From a virus, in the IMG/VR virus record IMGVR_UViG_3300027631_002331, positions 25,480 to 89,479 of that record: a stretch of DNA of 64,000 nucleotides; one strand, 5' to 3'. The position numbers and the translations under genes are program-made. Below are positions 1 through 8,646 of the stretch, one piece after another (position 1 is the first letter of the stretch; every line of letters begins with the position of its first letter). The notes beneath the pieces were generated by a model, which was not told the DNA's origin, searched no databases, and saw only the letters and a list, made by a program, of their open reading frames with translations.

Positions 1-1
1 T

Positions 2-1321
2 CAATCGAAAGGAGCTTTAGAGTTAGGTACAAGCGATAACATTCGTTGGGAAGTATCATCTGTTAATGCTCAATCAGGACAGTTTAGTTTATTAGTTCGT
101 AAGGGAAATGACAATAACAGAGACAAATCAATATTAGAAACTTGGACAAACTTATCTTTAGACCCAAAAGCTGAAAACTATATTGAATCAGTAATAGGAA
201 ACTCTAAAAAAGTAGTAATGAATGATGGTGGAGATTATTATATTCAAAACCAAGGTACATTCCGTAATAAATCAAGTTTCATCAGAGTTAAAAGTGTATC
301 AACCAAAACACCAGATTACTTTGATAACAACGGACAAGCAAAATCAGCTTTCACATCATCTTTACCTATAGTAGGTTCAGGTTCGTTTACAGGAGCAACA
401 GGAGCATTCTTTAATACAGCGAGTGCTGCTAACTTCTACGAAAATGTATCAACAGCCGATATTCAAGGATTAACAGCTGGAGATTATGAAGTAGCAGTTC
501 AGTTAATGGCTAATAAAGATGAATATAGATACAATTCAATATCTGTACCTGGAGTAACATCACAAAACGGCGCTGCAATCGTTTCATCAGTAGCTAATAA
601 CTCAGTAAATAGAGGAGATAATATCTCTATCGTAGATTTAGTTAACTTCCAAGCAAACGTAGGTACAGTAACTACTCAAGCAGCCGCTTTCGATTCTAGT
701 TACGCTACTGCATACTGGCCATGGTGTCAAACAATCGATCCTGAAACAGGAAAACAAGTTTGGGTACCTGCATCAGTTATGATTCCAGGAGTATATGCTT
801 ATACAGACGCATCAGCAGACGCGTGGTTCGCACCTGCAGGTTTAACCAGAGGAGCTTTAGGATCTGTTATTAGAGCAGAACGTAAACTACCTTCATCTAC
901 AAGAGATACACTATATGAAGCAAATGTAAACCCAATCGCTACTTTCCCAAATAGTGGAGTAGTAGTATTTGGACAGAAAACACTACAAAAACGTGCTTCT
1001 GCTTTAGATAGAGTAAACGTTCGTAGATTATTAATCGCTGTTAAAACATATGTTTCTCAAATAGCAGACACATTAGTATTCGAACAAAACTCAGCATCAA
1101 CAAGAAATAACTTCTTAACACAAGTAAACCCATACTTAGAATCAGTACAACAACGTCAAGGTTTGTATGCGTTTAAGACAGTGATGGATGAGTCAAATAA
1201 CGGACCAGATGTAGTAGATAGAAACCAATTAGTAGGTCAAATCTTCTTACAACCAACCAAAACAGCTGAATTCGTATTGTTAGATTTCAATGTTACACCA
1301 ACTGGAGCTACTTTCGAATAA
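2..1321 (+). CDS. Tail sheath protein (5' end outside window)
   Basis: Frame is open from position 2 (QSKGALELGTSDNIRWEV...) through the listed ORF 218..1321. C-terminal sheath motifs YWPW, WFAPAG..RG, NPI..F, GQKTLQ..SALDRVNVRRL, FEQN, QPTKTAEF. Confidence 0.95.
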   Translation, partial: QSKGALELGTSDNIRWEVSSVNAQSGQFSLLVRKGNDNNRDKSILETWTNLSLDPKAENYIESVIGNSKKVVMNDGGDYYIQNQGTFRNKSSFIRVKSVSTKTPDYFDNNGQAKSAFTSSLPIVGSGSFTGATGAFFNTASAANFYENVSTADIQGLTAGDYEVAVQLMANKDEYRYNSISVPGVTSQNGAAIVSSVANNSVNRGDNISIVDLVNFQANVGTVTTQAAAFDSSYATAYWPWCQTIDPETGKQVWVPASVMIPGVYAYTDASADAWFAPAGLTRGALGSVIRAERKLPSSTRDTLYEANVNPIATFPNSGVVVFGQKTLQKRASALDRVNVRRLLIAVKTYVSQIADTLVFEQNSASTRNNFLTQVNPYLESVQQRQGLYAFKTVMDESNNGPDVVDRNQLVGQIFLQPTKTAEFVLLDFNVTPTGATFE

Positions 1322-1338
1322 AAAACAAAGGGATTAAA

Positions 1339-1350
1339 TATTTATAATAA
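1339..1350 (+). promoter_or_regulatory. Putative phage late-promoter motif TATTTATAATAA
   Basis: TAT(T/G)TATA recurs just upstream of many structural genes (see finding). Confidence 0.65.
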
Positions 1351-1364
1351 AATAAAAACACAAA

Positions 1365-1853
1365 ATGGCGATACTCGATACTAACGAAATGTTCTTCACG
1401 GCCTTTGAACCGAAACAACAGAACAGGTACATGATGCTGATTGACGGTTTTCCATCTTACATGATTAAAGGAGTAAGTGCGATCCAAATGAGTCAAGAAG
1501 TAATAACTCTTAATCATGTCAACACAAGAAGAAACCTTAAAGGAAAAACTGTATGGCAACCAGTAACGTTTACGTTATATGATGCAATCACACCTTCAGG
1601 AGCACAATCTATTATGGAATGGGTTCGTCTACATCACGAAAGTGTAACAGGAAGAGATGGGTACAGTGATTTCTACAAGAAAGATTTAACTTTCAATGTA
1701 TTAGGACCTGTTGGAGATGTCGTTTCTGAGTGGATCTTAAAAGGTGCTATGATTTCTAACGCCGACTTTGGTGAGTATGGATTCGATAACGAATCAACAG
1801 CTCAACAAATCACTATGACGTGTGAGATTGATTACGCAGTATTGAACTTCTAA
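1365..1853 (+). CDS. Tail tube protein (T4 gp19-like)
   Basis: Follows the sheath; 162 aa; FEPKQQNRY, WQPVTFTLYD, EW, YKKD..LGPVGD.V.EW.L.GA pattern typical of tube proteins. Confidence 0.9.
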   Translation: MAILDTNEMFFTAFEPKQQNRYMMLIDGFPSYMIKGVSAIQMSQEVITLNHVNTRRNLKGKTVWQPVTFTLYDAITPSGAQSIMEWVRLHHESVTGRDGYSDFYKKDLTFNVLGPVGDVVSEWILKGAMISNADFGEYGFDNESTAQQITMTCEIDYAVLNF

Positions 1854-1874
1854 GAAGAAATACAAATATTTTAT

Positions 1875-1905
1875 AAAAGAGGGTTGGCTTATGTCAACCC
1901 CTTTT
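1875..1905 (+). terminator. Hairpin/intrinsic terminator after tail tube, overlapping a promoter-like spacer
   Basis: GGGTTGGC-TTAT-GTCAACCC stem-loop flanked by AAAA and CTTTT. Confidence 0.65.
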
Positions 1906-1949
1906 GTATGTTATTATGTATAATAAAAACGTTACAACAAATCAAGATT

Positions 1950-2684
1950 ATGGCAGAATTTAATTTCCCAACCGAAACAGTAATGCTACCTTCAAAAGGT
2001 CATTTTTATGCTGAGGATTCACCTTTAGCAGCTGGAGAAGTTGAAATCAAGTATATGACTGCTCGTGAAGAGGATATACTAACAAATCAAAACTATATTA
2101 CAAACGGTACAGTTTTAGACAAACTATTAGAATCGCTTATAGTAGCGCCAAAGTTTACCGTAGATGACTTATTATTAGGCGATAAAAACGCACTACTAAT
2201 AGCTGCTCGCGTACTTGGGTATGGTGCTGAATACCCCGTTAGAATAGCCGGAGTAGACGATATAGTAAATCTATCAGAACTAGATAACATCGATATAGAT
2301 TTCGATAACCTACCAAAAGGTAAAAACGAGTTTGAGTTTAGATTACCAAAAGCAGATACAGTTGTTAAGTTTAAACTTTTAACAGGTAAAGACGAAAAAC
2401 GTATCGAAAAAGATATTGAAGGGATAAAGAAAATCAGACCTGATTCATCACCCGCTATTTCAACTAGATTAAAAACCATTATAACTGCCGTAGAAGGAGA
2501 CGGTGCTGCCAAGTCAGTTGGCGAGTTTGTAGATAACTTTATGTTAGCTATGGATTCACGTGCATTCAGGAAACACTATAAAACGTGTATGCCTGATGTA
2601 GACATGACCTTTCGTAGCTCAGCAGGAATCGATAGGGAAATCCCCATTGGACTCAGCTTTTTTTGGCCTGACTCCGACTTATAG
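1950..2684 (+). CDS. Baseplate hub assembly / tail assembly chaperone (T4 gp26-like)
   Basis: ATG at 1950 (MAEFNFPTETVMLPSKG) downstream of the TATGTATAATAA motif; LPSKG..Y, MTAREEDIL, GDKNALLIAARVLGYG; sits between tube and tape measure. Confidence 0.75.
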   Translation: MAEFNFPTETVMLPSKGHFYAEDSPLAAGEVEIKYMTAREEDILTNQNYITNGTVLDKLLESLIVAPKFTVDDLLLGDKNALLIAARVLGYGAEYPVRIAGVDDIVNLSELDNIDIDFDNLPKGKNEFEFRLPKADTVVKFKLLTGKDEKRIEKDIEGIKKIRPDSSPAISTRLKTIITAVEGDGAAKSVGEFVDNFMLAMDSRAFRKHYKTCMPDVDMTFRSSAGIDREIPIGLSFFWPDSDL

Positions 2685-2952
2685 AGCTGGTTTATTTAGA
2701 CAAATCCACGAAATAATATTTCACGGTAACGGAGGCTATAACTATAGTACTTTATACAATATGCCTGTTTGGCTACGTAATACGACTTTTAAGTTAATAA
2801 ACGAGTATTACGAAAAGCAAAATGATGCTAACGAACAAGCATCTAAGGCTAATAATACTACAAATCAAACGTTAGTAGGCGAGGATGGTAAAGTAAACGT
2901 TCAGGACTTTAAGGCAGCTTCTCAACAATATACTAAAACAAGTTATAAGTAG
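2647..2952 (+). CDS. Tail assembly chaperone C-terminal extension (gp51/T-like), probably reached by frameshift
   Basis: Overlaps the previous ORF in the +1 frame; only a TTG start, first ATG at 2761; T7 run at 2658-2664; Y..LYNMPVWLR motif. Confidence 0.65.
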   Translation: MDSAFFGLTPTYRAGLFRQIHEIIFHGNGGYNYSTLYNMPVWLRNTTFKLINEYYEKQNDANEQASKANNTTNQTLVGEDGKVNVQDFKAASQQYTKTSYK

Positions 2953-2979
2953 TAATATTTATAATAAAACACCCTTACT

Positions 2980-5925
2980 TTGGCTACACCCACAAAACAG
3001 GAACTAGATCAGATTAATGCTCTACTTAACGATGTACAGAAAAAGTACGATCAGTTAGGAAGATCAAATCCATTTCGAAATTTTGATCAAAAGAATATTG
3101 TAGATGCAGGTTCTGCTATTAAACAATTAGAGGTATCCCTAAAGGGAGTTAATACTGAGTTAAATAATACTAACGATGAATTTTCTAATACCTTTAAATC
3201 ACTTCAGAGTATAGTTAATGAATTAACTAGAGGTAAAGTAGCAACCAATAAAATAACTAACTCTACTAGAACTTTAGAGGATGTAAGTAGTAAGATTTTA
3301 GCCCAAAAGAATAAGGGAATAAAGTTGGATTCAAAGGAACTTATGTCTATGCAGAAAAAAGCAGATATAAGTTTTACAAATCTAAAACAACAAAGGAGTC
3401 AAATTGAAGCTTTAAAAGAAGAAGCTGATTATTCTCTAAAAGTATCAAAATCTAAAATACAAGAGATAGGTACAGCCAAAAACCTCACAGCCGAAAAGAA
3501 AAAAGAAAGAGCGGCAGCTGAAAAATCCCAAACCCAAGCCCTTAATGACTTAGCTGAACACGAAACACGTTTAGGTAATATCAATTCCATATTAGATAAA
3601 TCCTCAAACTTTCAAGACGTAATAGATAAGGGGCTAAAGAGAGAGATTTTAGATAGAAAAGCTATTGAGGGTTCTATTGGTATCACTGGTGGTCTTTTAA
3701 CTTCACTTTCTAAAGTAACCGGTATAACTGGTGTATTTGATATTGATAAAATAAAAGCCGAAGCAGAGAAAATAGCAGAGGATGCTATAGATCAGTTTAG
3801 ACAAGTTAAAGAATATATAAGAGATGAGGAAGCATTTAACGTTAACATAGATAACGCTAAAACTTCCTTATTAGAAATAAGTAATGTTGCTCTTTTAACT
3901 CAACAAGAAGTAATCGAATTAAAAGATGAATTAAAAACCCTACAAGATAAAGAAGTTAACTTTAAGTTTTCACTTGATCCCGAATTTGATAAAGCCGCAA
4001 AAGCCAAAATTGAAAACGATATTGCTGAGGTTCAAGAGCTTATAGAATTAGGTACTGAGGGAAGTAGAAAAATAAGGGTAGATAAATTAGAGGGAGATTT
4101 AGAAAAAGCTCAAAAAGGTCTAGAAGGTCTAGAATCAGCAGCAAGAAACGCATCTAACTCTATGTCTAGCCAATTTAAAAAGTTAGGCAAAACACTAGGT
4201 TTAACATTTGAAGGTCTAGCCAATTCTATCAAATCACCAGAAGCTATATTCACTGCTCTTATAGCTATAGCAGGTGAAGTAAATGGGCAAGTAGTTGATT
4301 TATCTAAAAGTATGAACGTATCATACGATGAAGCCCAAAATGTAAGAGAAGAATTCGCTCAAATTACTCTAGCCTCTGGGGAGACTGTTATAAACACCCA
4401 AAGGTTAGTAGAGGCACAAATGCAGTTTAACGAAGCCTTAGGTTTAACAGGTAAAATCATACCTGAAAATGCAGCATCACAAAGTAAACTTACTAATCAG
4501 TTAGGTATAGGTGTTGATTCAGCTACAAAACTTAGACAAATAGCAGAGTCTACAGGTGAAGATTTTAGAGAACAAACCCTCGCTCAATACGAAACTGTAA
4601 GTGCTTTATCAGCACAAAAAGGTGTTGCTATAAACGTTAAGGGGGTAATGGATGAAGTTGGTAAAGCCGGTGCTTATGGTTTAGCTCAATTCCAAGGTTC
4701 TGTAGTAGCATTAACTGAAGGTGTAGCACAAGCAAAAGCATTAGGTTTAAGTTTAGATCAAGTAAACTCAATAGCAGGTAAGTTAATGGATTTTGAATCA
4801 TCCATAAACGCAGAACTACAAGCAGAGTTATTATTAGGTAAAGATATTAATCTAGAAAAAGCTAGATTAGCAGCCCTAAATAATGATCAGAAAACATTAA
4901 TGGAGGAGATTAATCGTGAAATGGGAACATTTGAAGATTTCTCTAAAATGAATAGAATACAACAGGAAGCAATGGCTGATGCCATTGGTATGTCTGTTGA
5001 TGGGTTATCCGAATCCTTACTGATGCAACAGTATGGGGAAATGAATCAAGCCGAAATAGTTGCTTTAAAGGGAGAAGAAGTTGCCAAACAAGTAGAAATG
5101 GTAAAATCACAAGAAGCATTTCAAAATATGATTTTAGCTATGAAAGGTACACTTGCTGATATAGCAGCTGGACCTCTTGGTGATATGGCTAATTTAGTAA
5201 CAAGTCTATTAAGTAATTCAACAGCAATGTATGGTATTATGGGGGCGTTAGCTATAGGTCCTTTAACTTCTATTGGAAAAAGTTTAAAATCAGCTTATGG
5301 TTTCTCAAAAGCAATGCTGGCATCTCAAAAAAGTCAATTAATCATAGAAACTGCTATGGGGGCCAAAGCTAAAATATCAGCAGCCTTCGCAGCAGCAAGA
5401 ACAGCAGCAATAAATCCCTTATTGGGGGTAGCAGCGGTTGCTGGTGCTGTTTTAGCCTATAAGGGTATCCAAGCTTTAACAATGGATGATGGTATTATAC
5501 CTGGACAGGGTAAAGTTGTTTCAACACCTAAAGATAAAATAGCATTTAAATCTGGATATGGTAAACGTGTATTATCATCACCTGAAGGTAAAATAGCATT
5601 TAACGATAAAGATACAATCGTAGCAGGTACAAACCTAGAACAAAATATGACCACTAATAATAATGGTCAATCAATACAAAACTCAGTAACTACAAATCAA
5701 CCAACACAAAACTCAGTTATTAATAGACCTACTACAAATAGTATGGTTTCAAATAACCAAAATACAACACAACCTATAGCACCAGTTAGTAACGCTATGA
5801 TGGAAGGTGAGTTAAAAGCAATAAAAAGAGTATTAGAAAACATAGCAACTAAAGAAGGAACAGTAAGTATGAATGGAACTAAGTTCGGAACTGTAACAGC
5901 TATGAACACTTACCAAATTCAATAA
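2980..5925 (+). CDS. Tape measure protein
   Basis: 981 aa, helical Ala/Leu/Glu/Lys-rich; DFESSINAELQAELLLGKDINLEKARLAALNND segment; hydrophobic C-terminal stretches; canonical position after tube and chaperone; TTG start after late motif at 2956. Confidence 0.85.
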   Translation: MATPTKQELDQINALLNDVQKKYDQLGRSNPFRNFDQKNIVDAGSAIKQLEVSLKGVNTELNNTNDEFSNTFKSLQSIVNELTRGKVATNKITNSTRTLEDVSSKILAQKNKGIKLDSKELMSMQKKADISFTNLKQQRSQIEALKEEADYSLKVSKSKIQEIGTAKNLTAEKKKERAAAEKSQTQALNDLAEHETRLGNINSILDKSSNFQDVIDKGLKREILDRKAIEGSIGITGGLLTSLSKVTGITGVFDIDKIKAEAEKIAEDAIDQFRQVKEYIRDEEAFNVNIDNAKTSLLEISNVALLTQQEVIELKDELKTLQDKEVNFKFSLDPEFDKAAKAKIENDIAEVQELIELGTEGSRKIRVDKLEGDLEKAQKGLEGLESAARNASNSMSSQFKKLGKTLGLTFEGLANSIKSPEAIFTALIAIAGEVNGQVVDLSKSMNVSYDEAQNVREEFAQITLASGETVINTQRLVEAQMQFNEALGLTGKIIPENAASQSKLTNQLGIGVDSATKLRQIAESTGEDFREQTLAQYETVSALSAQKGVAINVKGVMDEVGKAGAYGLAQFQGSVVALTEGVAQAKALGLSLDQVNSIAGKLMDFESSINAELQAELLLGKDINLEKARLAALNNDQKTLMEEINREMGTFEDFSKMNRIQQEAMADAIGMSVDGLSESLLMQQYGEMNQAEIVALKGEEVAKQVEMVKSQEAFQNMILAMKGTLADIAAGPLGDMANLVTSLLSNSTAMYGIMGALAIGPLTSIGKSLKSAYGFSKAMLASQKSQLIIETAMGAKAKISAAFAAARTAAINPLLGVAAVAGAVLAYKGIQALTMDDGIIPGQGKVVSTPKDKIAFKSGYGKRVLSSPEGKIAFNDKDTIVAGTNLEQNMTTNNNGQSIQNSVTTNQPTQNSVINRPTTNSMVSNNQNTTQPIAPVSNAMMEGELKAIKRVLENIATKEGTVSMNGTKFGTVTAMNTYQIQ

Positions 5926-5964
5926 TATTTATAATAAATCAATAATAACTAAAAACAATAAATT

Positions 5965-6165
5965 ATGGCTGATTACAAAGGACTTGAAGACCGCTTAGTA
6001 AGAGCAGGATCTCCAAAATCTGTAAACAACGGTAGTATTCCAACAACTGCAAACCTAGCATCTGGAATCATCCCAATCAACAATACTTTTTCTAAAGGTC
6101 AATATAAGGACTATGTATTAGACTCAGGAGTAACAGTAGATCAAGCAGCAGACTTAACAGATTAA
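5965..6165 (+). CDS. Small hypothetical (probable structural) protein
   Basis: 66 aa ORF after late motif at 5926 with A-rich leader. Confidence 0.6.
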   Translation: MADYKGLEDRLVRAGSPKSVNNGSIPTTANLASGIIPINNTFSKGQYKDYVLDSGVTVDQAADLTD

Positions 6166-6188
6166 TTAATAAATTAATCTAGAGTTAT

Positions 6189-8348
6189 ATGGGACTGTTC
6201 AAAGATGAACCTGTTAGTTGGGATAAAATTAATGGACTAAGAGATAGATCTGGAAATCATTTCCAGAGACATCTCACTCCTTGGTCTGTTGGTGGTAATA
6301 TAGGTAACCAATCCCAAGTAGAACCCTTTATTTGGACTGGGCTTCCTCCTTTAGAGGATGAGTGGTCAGGTAAGGAGGAAACCGACTTTCTGCTTAGAAA
6401 CGGAACTTTAAAGGATTCTGCTACTGATATAACTCGCATATCCAAACTATTAACATTAACAACAAGAGGTAAACTATTTTCAGTTAAACAAAACCTACTA
6501 TCAAGATTAGGAGTTGCTACTGAGGCCTCTGGAATCCTTAACGAGGGTGTTTATTTACCAACTTCAACGTTAGCTCAAGTAGGTGTTGTTGGTTTAGGCG
6601 GTCACCTTAATAAACAAGGTGTTAATCCCTTTAGAAAAACAGGAGAGGTAGATAACCCAGATGATGGTAACACAATCTTAGGATTTGATGTTACTAACCC
6701 CTTAGGTTTACCCGCATATGCTCAAGTAGTTAGAAGAGATCAAGAAACTGGAAAAAATAGATTAGTAGGTTACTTTAATAACAAGATTAATAGAACCCAA
6801 AAACCATCTAGTGGTACTACCCCATCTTTTACTGATAAGTTAAAAAATAGGTTTATTAAACTTGATGGACCTAATATTTTAGATTCATATAGTGGAGGAC
6901 CTGGATCTGTTGTAGGTGTAGGTTATACTACAATCAGGATGTCGCCTGAACAACGTACAGGTAAAAATAACGTTATTTTAGATCAATCTAAATTCTTTGC
7001 ACATACCGAAGATAAAGATACTCCATCCGATATAGCATCATCAGTATTATCCTTTACATCAAATATATTTGGTTTTCCTACAATCCCAAAGGCAACTGGT
7101 GAAGATTTCTCTATAGGTTCATATACTGATTACTCAGTATTTAAAAGACCTAGTAGTATTGCTATTAAAGGTGCTCAAATATTTAATGAAAATGCTTCAC
7201 TATCAAGAAGGTATGAAAAGTTAACTAAAGAATCTACATTCTTAAATAGAGTAACAACAACTAACGAGATTAAATCTCTACAGTTGTTTAGTAATTCAGT
7301 ATATAAGAAAGATGATGATGGTAGTATTACGTTAGATACTAACCAAGATATTGCTAACCCAACAAAATCTTTATCATCTACCTTAACACAAGAGCAGTTA
7401 AGAGAACTTCCTCAAAGTCTAGGTCCTATAATAAGACCTGATTTTAGAAAATCACTTACTAAAAAACCCACTGAAACTATATCTAACTCCCTAAACTATG
7501 AAACCCAAAACATAGTAAATAGAGTAGGTGTAGGTGATCCTGGAAAACGTGGTGATATAAGTGATTACCAATTAGGTAAAAGGATTGATGGGAAAACACT
7601 CCCAGTAGATAAAATAACAGCACACTCAATATATAGATCAGGATTAACTGCTAAAAACGATTCATCACTTAACGATTTAGTTAAGTTTAGAATAGCATCA
7701 GTTGATCCAGAAAACCCATCAAGAAGTAACTACATACACTTTAGAGCATTTTTAGGATCATTTTCTGATAGTTATAACTCATCTTGGTCATCACAAAAGT
7801 TTATGGGTAGAGCTGAAAACTTCTATAACTATGAAGGATTCGATCGTTCTATCTCTATGAACTGGACAGTCCCAGCTCAAAGTAAAAACGAATTGATGAT
7901 AATGCATCAAAAACTAAACTACCTAGCATCTAACTTAGCACCCGATTATGTGAATGATAGATATATGGCTGGACCTTTAGTAAGATTAACTGTAGGTGGA
8001 TACCTATATGAACAATATGGTTTTATAGAATCACTTTCACTTAATATACCAGATAACTCACCATGGGAAATAGCAGTTGCTGGTGCACCTGAAGGTGGTA
8101 CTGAAATAGAAGGTGGTGGTGGTCTTAGACACGATACAAGTGTTAAAGAACTACCTCATGTTTTAGAAGCATCTATATCATTTAAACCAATACATGATTT
8201 TGTAGTTCAAAAACAAAAACTTGGGTTTGAAAATGGTACAGTATCTTCATATGGTTTACAACGATATATCGCTCTAGCAGCATCAAAACCTACAAATACA
8301 GGATATAACGTAAATAAGACTAAACCTGAAAATACAGGCAAACAATGA
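6189..8348 (+). CDS. Baseplate/tail-tube-initiator-like structural protein
   Basis: C-terminal FRAFLGSFSDSY...GRAENFYNYEGFDRSIS...PLVRLTVG...GFIESLS domain resembles contractile-tail tube-initiator folds; located after tape measure. Confidence 0.6.
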   Translation: MGLFKDEPVSWDKINGLRDRSGNHFQRHLTPWSVGGNIGNQSQVEPFIWTGLPPLEDEWSGKEETDFLLRNGTLKDSATDITRISKLLTLTTRGKLFSVKQNLLSRLGVATEASGILNEGVYLPTSTLAQVGVVGLGGHLNKQGVNPFRKTGEVDNPDDGNTILGFDVTNPLGLPAYAQVVRRDQETGKNRLVGYFNNKINRTQKPSSGTTPSFTDKLKNRFIKLDGPNILDSYSGGPGSVVGVGYTTIRMSPEQRTGKNNVILDQSKFFAHTEDKDTPSDIASSVLSFTSNIFGFPTIPKATGEDFSIGSYTDYSVFKRPSSIAIKGAQIFNENASLSRRYEKLTKESTFLNRVTTTNEIKSLQLFSNSVYKKDDDGSITLDTNQDIANPTKSLSSTLTQEQLRELPQSLGPIIRPDFRKSLTKKPTETISNSLNYETQNIVNRVGVGDPGKRGDISDYQLGKRIDGKTLPVDKITAHSIYRSGLTAKNDSSLNDLVKFRIASVDPENPSRSNYIHFRAFLGSFSDSYNSSWSSQKFMGRAENFYNYEGFDRSISMNWTVPAQSKNELMIMHQKLNYLASNLAPDYVNDRYMAGPLVRLTVGGYLYEQYGFIESLSLNIPDNSPWEIAVAGAPEGGTEIEGGGGLRHDTSVKELPHVLEASISFKPIHDFVVQKQKLGFENGTVSSYGLQRYIALAASKPTNTGYNVNKTKPENTGKQ

Positions 8349-8644
8349 ATAGATACATAGACCAACCAATCACTACAGGTAGTATGGGTAACCAGATGTA
8401 TACAACTACAAAATATCAAAAAATCCCTTTGAGTTTTGAAGATTTGTATGTATATTCTACTATAGGTGACAGGTATGATGAATTAGCATTACAATATTAT
8501 AACGATTCAACTCTTTGGTGGGTTATATCTATGGCAAACGATACACTAGATCAATCAACATACTTCCCACCAACAGGAATACAACTAAGAATACCAGCAA
8601 ATCTATCAGGCATTCTATCAAATTTTAAAGTTTTAAATGAATAA
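8345..8644 (+). CDS. LysM/tail-X-like baseplate wedge protein (gp53-like)
   Basis: GDRYDELALQYYNDSTLWWVISMAN...G.QLRIP signature. Confidence 0.8.
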   Translation: MNRYIDQPITTGSMGNQMYTTTKYQKIPLSFEDLYVYSTIGDRYDELALQYYNDSTLWWVISMANDTLDQSTYFPPTGIQLRIPANLSGILSNFKVLNE

Positions 8645-8646
8645 TC

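Noticed and set aside
5500-5780. Short duplications at the tape-measure C-terminus (GKVVSTPKDKIAF/GKRVLSSPEGKIAF; QNSV..N.PT)
   Set aside because: Small in-frame duplications common in tape measures; no evidence of a separate function.
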